Below, one piece after another: positions 49,472-60,164 of a stretch of 64,000 bases of DNA. Position 1 is the first letter of the stretch. Every line of letters starts with the position of its first letter. Source of the DNA: Bispira polyomma. Lineage: Eukaryota. The stretch is from NCBI GenBank assembly GCA_965649765.1, contig OZ287759.1:8184001-8248000 (forward strand), given 5' to 3'. The notes under the pieces are model-generated. The model ran no database searches. It saw only the letters and a list, made by a program, of their open reading frames with translations, and had not been told where the DNA came from. The translations under genes were made by a program, and so were the position numbers.

Positions 49472-51643
49472 GTATGACGCGTTTTTGTTCTGAGGAGTTC
49501 ATAAATACCGGTCGCATCACAATAAGCCAATTCGTAGTTCAACGGAAATGAAAATCTTTGGCACACATAAACAAATTAACTTATATGACTTTGCAAAATA
49601 TATTAAAATGTTATTTCTCAGTTATTATTCGAAATAATGGCCTCAGATTTAGATATATGATGCATAAGTAGTGGTTCTTTGTTAATATATTTACTTCATC
49701 ATTAAAGGATAACATTCCGATTGAACTTTTATACAAGCACAATATTTTGTAAAATAAAAATGCTGATTATTAATCATTTACTCAGAAAATACTGTAGGTA
49801 AAAATTTCACAAAAATATGATGAGAAAGCTTATTATATTGCGATTACTATGATATTTTTTGCATCAAAATCCCTTGCAAAATCGCTGAGATATTAAATTT
49901 TAAATACGGGTACCCACGTTAAATTGGCTGTTGGCTGCACATTTGTCGTGTGCAGGTGCTTCTTGTTTATGTGCCGTAAACAAGACCGGAAGATTGTAAC
50001 TATGGCTGCGCACTCAGATCTACAAACTGGCTTATACCGTTCGATGGATATTTTATTCGGCTAGGTTGTATCTCAGGAAATATTTCTCGGAATCGAACGA
50101 AAACGTTGTACATCTGGAAATCATTACGGGAAACGTATATCGGAAACACTAATTAAACACAACGAATAACCAATGATTTGACCTCATTTAGATTATTTTA
50201 TTTACTTACGTTTTAGTAAAATATGATCTTTTAATGCAGTTTCATCAATTTATAGATAAATTGTCTGTGGACCTTGTTTTTTATTAGGTCCGTGGCTGAT
50301 ATATACATACCTCAGAAAAAAACAACCTAACCTTTGATGTTTGACTTGGCAAGAACCGCCAATATATAACACCTTATGTCTATACCTTATAAAGATATTT
50401 AACTGTCTTCAGAAGAAAGCAATTGACGGAACTTCACAAAAATGTCTTTGATTTTTGACTTTCTATTATTAATAGTGCCAGTATACTTATTGTTTACCCT
50501 ACTGTATCTTAAAAACATTACCTCCTAAAATATTGTCTTTTTAGAAGAAATAACTTTAAAAATAACGTAAAAAATAAAAAAATAATCTAACTTTTTACTT
50601 CTCGGTGTTTCTTTACTCTTAATAATTGACTTCCCGGCATACAACGTTTTTGTTTGATTCCGGGAAATATTTCCCGGAATACAACCACTACGTATTTTAT
50701 TATTGAAGTGTACTATTATTGAAAAAGTTCTCATGAAAAACTTTTCGTACATACCAAGCAAGATGTATACATTATTATTGTGCAATACAATAACTCAGCA
50801 TATAATGTGGAAGGAATCAAGTCTGCTTTTTTTTAGCAATAGGATAAGGGAAAGTGTAGTATATCGGGTCCCGATCGTTAAGTACCAATCTTACCCCTTA
50901 AAATTATGGTTGTTTTAGTAAAATATGATCTACAGGTGAATATTTAAATTTCTTCATTCTTTAATGAAGTTTTATCGATTTATAGATAAATTAACTGTGA
51001 ACCTTGTTTTTTATAAAATGTGTGGCTGATATATACCTCGGAAATGAAGCACGTGTATATTAGCGACAATGGAAAAAATTGATGCAAATTAGGCAATCTA
51101 TCATCGTTGGGAGGCCCCCGCAAGCATCAACTTCCATATAAAGATGTTTAACTGTCTCTGACCTTTGACTCGGCAGTAATTGTGAACATTTATTACTTTA
51201 TATCTACCATATCAAGTTATATTATGTGGCAATATAAATACATATCAAAGACTTGGTAGATTCAAAGAAAATATGGACCTGACACATAATTACTTGTACA
51301 TCGGAGACACAACGTCTATTTAATGATTTACCTATTTATTTACCTATTTATTTTCTTAAGCGTCTGTCAGCCGACGCATCATCTCTTCGAATTTTTAAAT
51401 GATTAGTCGCAATTTCTTTTATTTCACTTTATATATTGTTAAAGTTTTATTAATATATGTGTGTATGTATTAACTTATATCTATACCTATAACTTGGTAA
51501 AATTTTTAATTACAGCCCGATCGATATGGTTGCTTTTAATGTATTGGGGACCTGATCGATTAGCACATTTCTTATATCTCGGGGACCACTTCTATAGCCA
51601 CTTCATTTTTTTTATCAATGAGCATCAAGTCACGATGGAGCAA

Positions 51644-51839
51644 TTCTACTTTACTGGTACAAGATTTTAACAAGACTTTGTGTCTAAGATTAGATAAGGT
51701 ATTTTAGTGTAATTTTGCGGGATATCCCCCAAACCCCTTTTATTGTTTGAACTTTAGTTTGGAATGAATCTTCGGGATTTAAATTTAGGTGTGAACACGA
51801 AATCTTGCATAAGAAAAATCTTGTACCAGTAAAGTAGAA
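51644..51839. mobile_element. MITE
   Basis: Perfect 25-bp TIR TTCTACTTTACTGGTACAAGATTTT / AAAATCTTGTACCAGTAAAGTAGAA. Confidence 0.8.
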
Positions 51840-52245
51840 ACTATCCTTCACAATATCGTAAATTTATGAAGTTTTAACTTTCTTCCACGGCGACGAAAAT
51901 AATAATAAAAATTGCTATTTTCAGGACTTCAATCCCTTCCGTACTGCTGCCATGCCCATTATGGGCATATTAACATTTTTTAAGAATAACTTCCTAATTT
52001 GGTCAGAAATGGGTTGGTGTTCAGTGGCATAAAATTGTAAACCTTTGATGTAAATAATATAATTAATCAATACAAACATTCATTTTGAAAAATATACAAA
52101 ATCAGACATAATTTTTTAGTATGCCCATATTGCACCCCTATGCCCTTAATGCTCAGGTTAGCAGCAAGGTTCTGTTATCATTGTTTTACATGGTATCAAT
52201 GTATGCAAATGTAATACCTGTATTTTTAACTTTTGTTTTGAGTAG

Positions 52246-52366
52246 ACAGACTCTTGTAAATGCAATGGCTGGAAGAGTCCTAACTCACTTCCTACAACAC
52301 CAACAGATACATCTCATCCACAAGCCAGTCTGACTGATCCCTGCCGGAGTTGCAATCACACTCTTA
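52246..52366 (+). CDS. KAT2A: KAT2 exon 2
   Basis: TDSCKCNGWKSPN...DPCRSCNHTL (PCAF_N zinc-binding motifs); TAG acceptor, GTAAGT donor, phases 0 to 1. Confidence 0.93.
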
Positions 52367-52558
52367 GTAAGTGAAGGTGTTGTCTACTTTTCATTGATCT
52401 TTATAATGTACATCAATTAAGGGGAGTTGAGAAATACGCAAATACCAATGAGTCACCACCAAAACAACTCGCACCCATCAACTCGCACATACAACTCGCA
52501 CCCTATTTTGATAGTTACAAGACATCGAAAAAATAAGAGAATATATAACCCAAATATA

Positions 52559-53329
52559 TGTTACATATACGGACATTGTGGTATGTTAAAGCATTCTGCT
52601 AGAGTGATCTATTTATAGATTTGGGGAAACCCCTAAGCTTCTAGAAGCTGTTTCTATTTTGTTTCTGTTATTGAAGCTGTCCTTATTTGTTTACATCTCA
52701 ATCTGGAACATTCTAGCAATTGTTCACATATTCTAGCAACCTTCTCTGGCAGTGGTATATATAAGGATTGACAGCCTGGCCACAGACCAGAGTTTATTGG
52801 GTTGGGGTGCTATATGAACTGCTATACTGTGAAACATTTTATTTCTTTTCCTGTGGATATAAACTGATTACTATATATGTTTTTGTGGTGAACTCATTGG
52901 AGTGAACTAGATAAAAGTTGTGGATCTACCAGAGATTGGATTTACTGCATATTGGATATTGTTGGCATCCTGGACTGGATAGCTTAGTTGTGCAGACTCT
53001 CTGGATATATACATTTTGTGTTTGTGGACACCGAACGGATAACAGGATACAGGCATTGTGTGGACACTGAGCAGATTTGAAGACAGATTGCTGGATACAG
53101 TGGACAAACTTGTTTAATTGTTATTTATGTGGACAAGACTGTGGTCAGGTCAGATTGGTTTCATTATTGTATTATTGTATGAACCATTAAGAGTATCTTG
53201 GTTGACTGTAATTCTGTAATTGTTATTTTATTTTTAAATAAATTTGTTAAGTGAAACTTTTTGTCTTTTCCTGTTACAACCTCAAAGCAACCGGTAATTG
53301 CTACCGCGCTTGCTCCCGTGACCGTAACA
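52559..53329 (+). mobile_element. Solo LTR (Ty3/Gypsy-like), 771 bp, in KAT2 intron 2
   Basis: TGTTAC...GTAACA termini; 4-bp TSD TATA (52555-52558 / 53330-53333); internal TATATATAAGG (~52756) and AATAAA (~53237). Confidence 0.85.
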
Positions 53330-54379
53330 TATAATAATACTATTAAGATATTTATTATAAGTTCATATTTTGATAAATTTGATTACTCTTTAATAAAGAT
53401 TCGTTAATAAATAGATACTGTTAAATTTCAGACGTTATTTTTTAATAAGTCCGTGAATAAAATTGTATGTGAGTGACAATGGAAGAATTTTATACAAATT
53501 AGGCAATCTATCATGGAGAGCAGCCAGAAGGTACCAACTGTCTCTCACTTTTACTCAGCAAGAATCACCACCATAAAAAAAAATAAATATATATATATAT
53601 ATTTATTTATTAACTTTTTCTACACAAAAGTACACATATACTTTAGAAGGAAGCAATTAATGGAACTTGCTGAAAATTTTCATTGCATTGCTGTTAATGT
53701 TCTGTAATAAATCAATATAAAAATAAAATTTTAGATAATAATCGTAAACAAAACATGCTTTACATTTTGGGCAGTAAAATCTGCTCAAGTTGTTTTGGTT
53801 AAATGTTTACTTATTAACTATTATAAGTTCTTCACACCTGTGTTTGCAAAAGGTGACATATATATATGAGTCCATGTCCAGGTTATTACTTTTTGTTGTG
53901 AATGGTTGTTGTAATGTACATTTCGCTATAATAATGTACATGTCACTGTTATAAATAAACTATCTATCTACTGTTATTTCTGGTACCCAGATGAGCAAGT
54001 GTTCTGTTTAAAAAAAAAAAACCCACAGCAATGAGGTTTAAACACAATCAGTATTTAACTTAATAGGCATAAACAAACAGGAGATATAGTAAGTACTAGT
54101 GTCGCGATCAAATTTTTTATTTACGACCGGTTTTCAAAAAAAATTTGCTGTCTCTCCCATCCATAATAATAAGATGCTTATGGTGTTGATATGGTAAAAT
54201 TACATGGATTTTATGGTTTATATACAATTTTGTACTTCCCATAGATTGTTCAGCATTTTAACCAAACAGAAATATATTATCCGGTTAGCCGCCTTCTACA
54301 CTAGTGACTACCCTATTTTACACACTACTAAATGAGAGTATAACTTAGATAACACAGTGTCATTATTTCTGGGTTCCAG

Positions 54380-54525
54380 ATAACCACGTGTCCCATCTGG
54401 AGCAGACGAGTGATGAGGAGTTGAACCGTCTACTGGGTATTGTGGTTGATGTGGAGAGTATGTTTATCTGTGTCAGACAAGAGGAGGACGGAGACACCAA
54501 ACAGGTCTACTTCTACCTCTTCAAG
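54380..54525 (+). CDS. KAT2A: KAT2 exon 3
   Basis: HVSHLEQTSDEELNRLLGIVVDVESMFICVRQEEDGDTKQVYFYLFK; CAG acceptor, AAG|GTCAGT donor, phases 1 to 0. Confidence 0.95.
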
Positions 54526-54584
54526 GTCAGTAGTTCGAACCACTTCAAGGTCAATAGTTTAAACCTCTTCAAGGTCAGTAGTTT
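54516..54584 (+). repeat. 24-bp tandem triplication spanning the exon 3 donor
   Basis: CTTCAAG|GTCARTAGTT occurs three times, with GT at 54526, 54550 and 54574. Confidence 0.9.
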
Positions 54585-54600
54585 GCATGTTGTACGAGTG

Positions 54601-55140
54601 CACAGGTGGCGCTCGCTTTAGCCTACCCTTAGCCTCAGCCACCCAGTAAAATTAAAACAAAGTCACTGTAAATTTCAAAGTGGCCAGGGCCAAGATGAGA
54701 CATCATTATGTACCGCAATATCGTGAAATCATGTAGAGACAGTATAAGTTTAGGTATGGTGATTACAGTCTTGAAATCGTGATATTGTGGGGACTTTGAA
54801 TTTACTTCTTGTTTTAGGCACTTGGATGCAACCTACATGTACCAAATTTAAGGCATAAATCATAAATTTTAGAGCAATGTATAAATGAAATAGGAGAAAC
54901 ATGACCAAGTAGAGCATAAAAATGTCGGAATTTCTTAAAATATAACAACAATGTTGACCAATAATCTTGCATTATAAATAAATGAAGCCAATAAAAATTT
55001 TGGAAAAGATTTTATGTACATAATTTTAATCCTGACATTATCGTGGTATCATCATGAAATTCTGGTGATATTGTGATATCATTCTTCACTTGTGATACCT
55101 CGGTAGGGCCAAGGGTAGGCCGAAGTCAGCGCCACCCATG
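54601..55140. mobile_element. Non-autonomous DNA transposon (hAT-like ends)
   Basis: Imperfect ~35 bp TIRs CACAGGTGGCGCTCGCTTTAGCCTACCCTT / AAGGGTAGGCCGAAGTCAGCGCCACCCATG. Confidence 0.65.
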
Positions 55141-56126
55141 TACAATGTACAATAAATATGCAGCTTGAGGAGTACACTATAAAAAAATCAGTAATAATGG
55201 TCCTAAGATCTAGCCGGTTGTATACATACACTTGTTGCTAGTAATGTTGGGTCTAGTTTGACCAGGTCGATCAATCACAAATTTTCCGACCGATCATCGA
55301 CTCAGAATCAGTTTTAAATTGCAATGATTAGTTAAGAGATTGTTTGTGAAAGAGAGGGCTTTGCGACTCGATCATGTATATTTTATTCCCCGTTGGCCGA
55401 ATTTCAGTATGTGCCCCAAAAGCACTTTGGTGCTAAGAAAAAGCATAATTAATTAGCTTGACAAGAGTGCAATTTTATGTGATTCATACACTTCAATTTG
55501 AAGTTATGTGGTGGAAAACATAAGAAGATAGTTTAAATTTTTTTTTTCTAGTGCATCGGTCAGTCTGTGTGGGCGATATTTTATACAAATGACATACTCA
55601 CATATTTAACCTTATTACTTTGTACTAAAGTATGTCTTTTATTAAACCTTCTATTACATTAAAAACCAAATCTTGCTGTCACAACTTGTTTAGATAACAA
55701 AAATTCTTGTGTAGTTGTGTATTGCAGTGTGTTCTCAAAGAAGTAGTGTTGGGACTCAGTAAATTTTTACTATGTCAGTTAATTGCAAAATTTCTGACCG
55801 ATCATCGACTCGGAATCAATTTTAAACAAACAGAATTTGTTTGTTTACACAACACCATACTTTAGTAGTTCCAAATATGGCAATAGATTGTAAACAATAT
55901 ATCTTTTGCTTTAAATTTCAGCCAATATTAAAGGAATTTGTAAATGGATTACCTATTTTCTTTGCCTGGTTGCTTTCATGTAATTTTACTAGTTATATTT
56001 AAATAACCGATTCCTTTAATTATCTAACGAATAGATGTCTGGCGTGTTACACTACCAGTGTTCGTCTTGTCACAACTCTACAAGGAACCATTTTAAGAAT
56101 TCATTGTTGTCATTTTTATTTTTCAG

Positions 56127-56216
56127 TTACTGAGGAAATGTATATTGAACATGAGCAAACCATCGGTGGAAGGTCCTCTGGGTAATCCGCCATTTGAAAA
56201 ACCAAGCATTGCAAAG
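56127..56216 (+). CDS. KAT2A: KAT2 exon 4
   Basis: LLRKCILNMSKPSVEGPLGNPPFEKPSIAK; TTTCAG acceptor, AAG|GTAATC donor, phase 0/0. Confidence 0.95.
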
Positions 56217-56341
56217 GTAATCCATTTCAATACAGTCAAAGTAGAACTCTGATAAGAGGAATTACATGTTAAGTAGAAGTTATTTTAAGGTTTCATTGCT
56301 ATACAAAAACAACTATACACTGGATATATTCTACTTTACAG

Positions 56342-56523
56342 GGTGTCACCAACTTTGTTTTATACAAGTTTGGCCACTTAACTCAGAAGGAATGGCAGAC
56401 AATGTATGACTTGGCGAAGATGTTCTTACACTGTCTGAACCACTGGAAGCTAGAAACTCCAACCACTAGGAAGAACCACGCACAGACTGATGACGTGTCC
56501 GTCTACAAAGTGAACTACACCAG
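56342..56523 (+). CDS. KAT2A: KAT2 exon 5
   Basis: GVTNFVLYKFGHLTQKEWQTMYDLAKMFLHCLNHWKLETP...YKVNYTR; CAG|GTGAGT donor, phases 0 to 2. Confidence 0.96.
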
Positions 56524-56554
56524 GTGAGTACAGTTTCCTAGTGGAGGACTTTCA

Positions 56555-56941
56555 CAACTTAAGTTGAGGAATAACTTCCATAACTCAGTTGAGAAATAAC
56601 TTCCATAACTTTTATAATTTAAGTTGAGGAATAACTTCCATAACTTAGTTGAGGAATAACTTCCATAACTTGGTTGAGGAATAACTTCTATAACGTGGTT
56701 GAGGAATAACTTCCATAACTTAGGTGAGGAATAACTTCCATAACTTGGTTGAGGAATAACTTCTATAACTTAAGCTGTGGAAAAATTTCTATAACTTAAG
56801 TTGCAGAATAACTTCTGTAACTTAAGTTGAGGAATAACTTCCTTAACTTAGTTGAGGAATAACTTCCATAACTCAGTTGAGGAATAACTTCCATAACTTG
56901 GTTAGGGAATAAATTCCATAACTTGGTTAAGGAATAACTTC
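56555..56941. repeat. 25-26 bp minisatellite (~15 units) at the start of KAT2 intron 5
   Basis: Unit GTTGAGGAATAACTTCCATAACTT(A/G). Confidence 0.92.
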
Positions 56942-57344
56942 AGCTCTCTTGCTAAAATTACTAAACAACAGAAATAGCTTGGCTCTCTGTTGTAAACTTA
57001 TAAAGAGGCTTGCTACTGCTGGGATTCGATCCGTGGACCTTGCAGATCTTGAGATTAATAGTACAGTACACTAACAGTTGAGCTAATGTGCTGGTATAAC
57101 AGATGTACAAAAACCTACTCAACAAGAAATGACATCTCGAAAACTTTAAAAGCCTAGTGCACACAGAACTTCTGGCATTCTCTCTTCTCTGATTTGCCCA
57201 GTACTCCACCATTCCCAGATTCAGAATTACAGTACTTGCTAAAGCATAAAGTTATCTGTAGCCCAGTAAGTTAATTAAACATTTAAAAATCTATCATATC
57301 ATGTAATTTGACTGACTTTATGGCATGATCTCCCATATGACACA

Positions 57345-57600
57345 GGGGCCGCGGTGGCCTAGTGGTTGGCAAGCATTGTGCCACACAATCACTGGTCTCT
57401 CACCTCTGGGCGGCTTGAGTTCGACTCCCATTGATGCCTATGTGGGAAAGGTGGTAGTTCCTTACTGTAGGCTGCTGGTTTCAGTGCAGAACCTTGATCA
57501 ACTGTATGCAGTGTTTCCTCCAGCATTTCCAACTACCCGTCCCAATATAACCTAAACAGGTACTGGAGTGGACGTTAGATATCCCAATTCAATTCAATTT
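57345..57600 (+). mobile_element. Full-length SINE family A flanked by an 82-bp direct repeat
   Basis: Matches 20496-20752; (CAATT)n tail; flanks 57264-57345 and 57601-57682 align without gaps. Confidence 0.9.
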
Positions 57601-57708
57601 CAGTAAGTTAATCAGACATTTAAGAATCTATCATATCATATAATTTGACTGACTTTATGCCACAATTCCTCATATGACACAGTTTTCTCTTCTTTTGTTT
57701 TAATGTAG

Positions 57709-57900
57709 GTGGCTCTGTTATTGTCACGTGCCGGCAAATTGTGACAGTTTGCCTAAGTACGAGACAACAGTCATCTTTGGGCGGACACTTCTTAAGTCCG
57801 TGTTTCACACGATGAGGAAACAGTTATTGGACAAGTTTAGGGCTGAGAAGGACAAGATGCCGCCGGACAAGCAAACATTGGTGCTGACTGATTTCCCCAG
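57709..57900 (+). CDS. KAT2A: KAT2 exon 6
   Basis: WLCYCHVPANCDSLPKYETTVIFGRTLLKSVFHTMRKQLLDKFRAEKDKMPPDKQTLVLTDFP; phase 2/2. Confidence 0.96.
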
Positions 57901-57908
57901 GTAAAATA

Positions 57909-58107
57909 CAGTGTTAAACCTCTATTATCCAAACTTATATCACCTGAAAATTTTCGAATTAATGTAATGATTTCAACTCTTCCTACACATTTAAGTTTTC
58001 TGTACTGATTCATACAAAAATCCCATCTTCAATTTTGTAAAAACCATCTCTTGTCTGAACAGAATCTTTTTCTTCCTAACATGTTCAGATAATAGAGGGT
58101 TCCACTG
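57909..58107. mobile_element. Tigger/pogo-derived MITE
   Basis: CAGTGTTAAACCTCTATTATCC / GATAATAGAGGGTTCCACTG ends, similar to the TIRs of 62237-63591; preceded by TA; begins 8 nt after the exon 6 donor. Confidence 0.65.
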
Positions 58108-58658
58108 TGCAGCTAAACTACAGTTTACTTAAACTTGTGTTATTTAGTGATTGACATTTTAAAAACTCTGACTGATTCTCATGTATCATCACATTAGTGA
58201 ACAACCAATAAATCTGGTGACAACAAGAACTCTCTAGAATTAGTGAGGACAGCCTCACAAAAATTAGAGCTAAAATCAGCAGCTCTTCCTATTGCAGGCG
58301 AACCCCTTAAGCTAGAACTCTGTTAAGTTGAGCAAGGAAAGTCTTTTTGTTGTAAGTTTATTCTTTTTAATGCTTAAAATAATGCTAGTAGATAAATTTA
58401 TCCTAGAGAAACTCCTAACAAACACTAAAATGTGAGTTTAAAGAGTCTGGAATATGAAATAATAATAAAGAGTTTAAAAATTGTCTCCAAGTTAAATGGC
58501 TTGATGTCAACTGTTGATTTTTTCCTGTAATCTATGGCAAATCTGCTTTAGTTGCTGATAATTGAGAAGAAACTTGTATTGGAGGAATTTGTAGAGAAAT
58601 TTAATAATAATTATTAAAGACATGTTAGTCCAACTCTAAAATTTGATATTTTGGTCAG

Positions 58659-58774
58659 GTTTCTTGAGATGCTTGAAGAAGATATTTATAATGACGACTC
58701 TCCAATTTGGGATCCAAATTTCCAGCATCCACCGACATCATTACACATACCAAACTCCAGTGGTAGTGGCCCTG
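58659..58774 (+). CDS. KAT2A: KAT2 exon 7 (end of PCAF_N domain)
   Basis: FLEMLEEDIYNDDSPIWDPNF matches PCAF FLSMLEEEVYSQNSPIWD; CTG|GTAAGT donor, phases 2 to 1. Confidence 0.93.
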
Positions 58775-59345
58775 GTAAGTTTTAATTCCCCACTAGTGCC
58801 GTAGGTGAGTTTTAATCCTCCATCAGTGCCCTAGGTAAGTTTAAACCCTGCACCAGTGCTCCAGGTAAGTTTTAATTCCCCACTAGTGCCCTAGGTAAGT
58901 TTTAATCCCCCATTAGTGTCCCAGGTAAGTTTTAAACCCTGCACCAGTGCCCTAGGTGAGTTTTAATCCCCCATCAGTGCCCCAGGTAAGTTTAAACCCT
59001 GCACCAGTGCCCTAGGTGAGTTTCAATCCCCCATCAGTGCCCTAGGTAAGTTTAAACCCTGCAATAGTGCCCTAGGTAAGTTTTAACCCTGCACTAGTGC
59101 CCCAGGTAAGTTTTAACCCTGTACCAGTGTTCTAGGTGAGTTTTAATTCCCATCAGTGCCCCAGGAAAGTGTAAACCCTGCACCAGTACCCTAGGTAAAT
59201 TTTAAGCCTGCACCATTACCCTAAGTAAGTTTTAACCCCTAGGTAAGTTTTAACCCTGCACCAGTACCCTAGGTAAGTTTTAACCCTGCATCAGTGCCCC
59301 AGGTAAGTTTTAACCCTGCACCACTGCCCCAGTTAAGTTGTAAAC
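58765..59345 (+). repeat. 30-bp minisatellite (20 units) built from the exon 7 donor junction
   Basis: Consensus GTRAGTTTTAACCCTGCACCAGTGCCCYAG; two subtypes partly alternate, giving a 60-bp higher-order period. Confidence 0.95.
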
Positions 59346-59599
59346 CATATGTATTGCAATATATTGGATTACGATACTTTTACAAAATCTTGTATGCTCG
59401 CACCCTTTATTTCTAGAATACTAAGAATTGAGTGATATTGAAAGATTTTACCTAAAATAATATGTATCTAAAATTCGCCACCAAGACAATGGGATGCATG
59501 TATGGAAGATATAAATGTGCCCCTGGGGGGCAGTGGGGGGGGAGGGGGGTGTCACTAAAATTTTCCACTGAATGACTGTACTTCTTTACTGGTATTACT

Positions 59600-59805
59600 G
59601 ATCCCTATGTAGAATAGGAAATCTAAAATTTGCCACTGTATCTGCAATTCGCCCCCTGTTTTAGAATAGTGGGAAATATTTGGTGAAATTGAGATTTTTG
59701 TGACTATTTTGCCCTTGCTTACCTACATTCCAGTTATTTTTCGCCCGTTTTTATTGAGTTGCTTAACATTTAAGGGTGGCACATTTCAGATTCAGCTGAA
59801 TTTCC
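59600..59805. mobile_element. MITE-like repeat; second copy ~61700-61910
   Basis: Shared GGAAATCTAAAATTTGCCAC...AATTCGC and GGGTGGC...ATTT blocks with inverted ends. Confidence 0.55.
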
Positions 59806-59822
59806 CTCATTGCTTGTTTCAG

Positions 59823-59942
59823 TAAGCAGTGCCGACGAGTCCACCCCGACTAAAGAAATCCTGACGAACGGCCACACAAGTATGGCGTCCACTCCCGAGA
59901 GACCAGAAAGGGGCAGACGGAGAGTGGTAGATCCAGACAGGG
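59823..59942 (+). CDS. KAT2A: KAT2 exon 8 (low-complexity linker)
   Basis: VSSADESTPTKEILTNGHTSMASTPERPERGRRRVVDPDR; TTTCAG acceptor; 120 nt, phase 1/1, fits between exons 7 and 9. No recognisable homology, as expected for this linker. Confidence 0.78.
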
Positions 59943-60096
59943 GTATGGCTAGTGGGTTATTTATAGATTACCACAGACAGAGGTACGGATAGTGGGTTAT
60001 TTATAGATTACCACAGACAGGGGTATGGATAGTGGGTTATTTATAGATTACCACAGACAGGGGTTCGGATAGTGTGTTATTTATAGATTACCACAC
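59934..60096 (+). repeat. 40-bp tandem repeat (4 units) spanning the exon 8 donor
   Basis: CAGACAGRG|GTWYGGMTAGTGGGTTATTTATAGATTACCA, with GT at 59943, 59983, 60023 and 60063. Confidence 0.92.
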
Positions 60097-60164
60097 TTCT
60101 TAAGTATAGTCGGTGCACCGTATATCAGGGACATAAGCAAGTGCATAGTAACTGACTAAAATCA

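Noticed and set aside
49706-50230. Kolobok-like element with TTAA flanks
   Set aside because: Only 8/11 terminal match, and the right end is part of a local duplication also seen at ~50910-51150.
58765-59345. CRISPR-like appearance of the regular arrays (also 17201-17692, 56555-56941, 59934-60096)
   Set aside because: No unique spacers, no cas genes, eukaryotic intronic context; these are tandem minisatellites.
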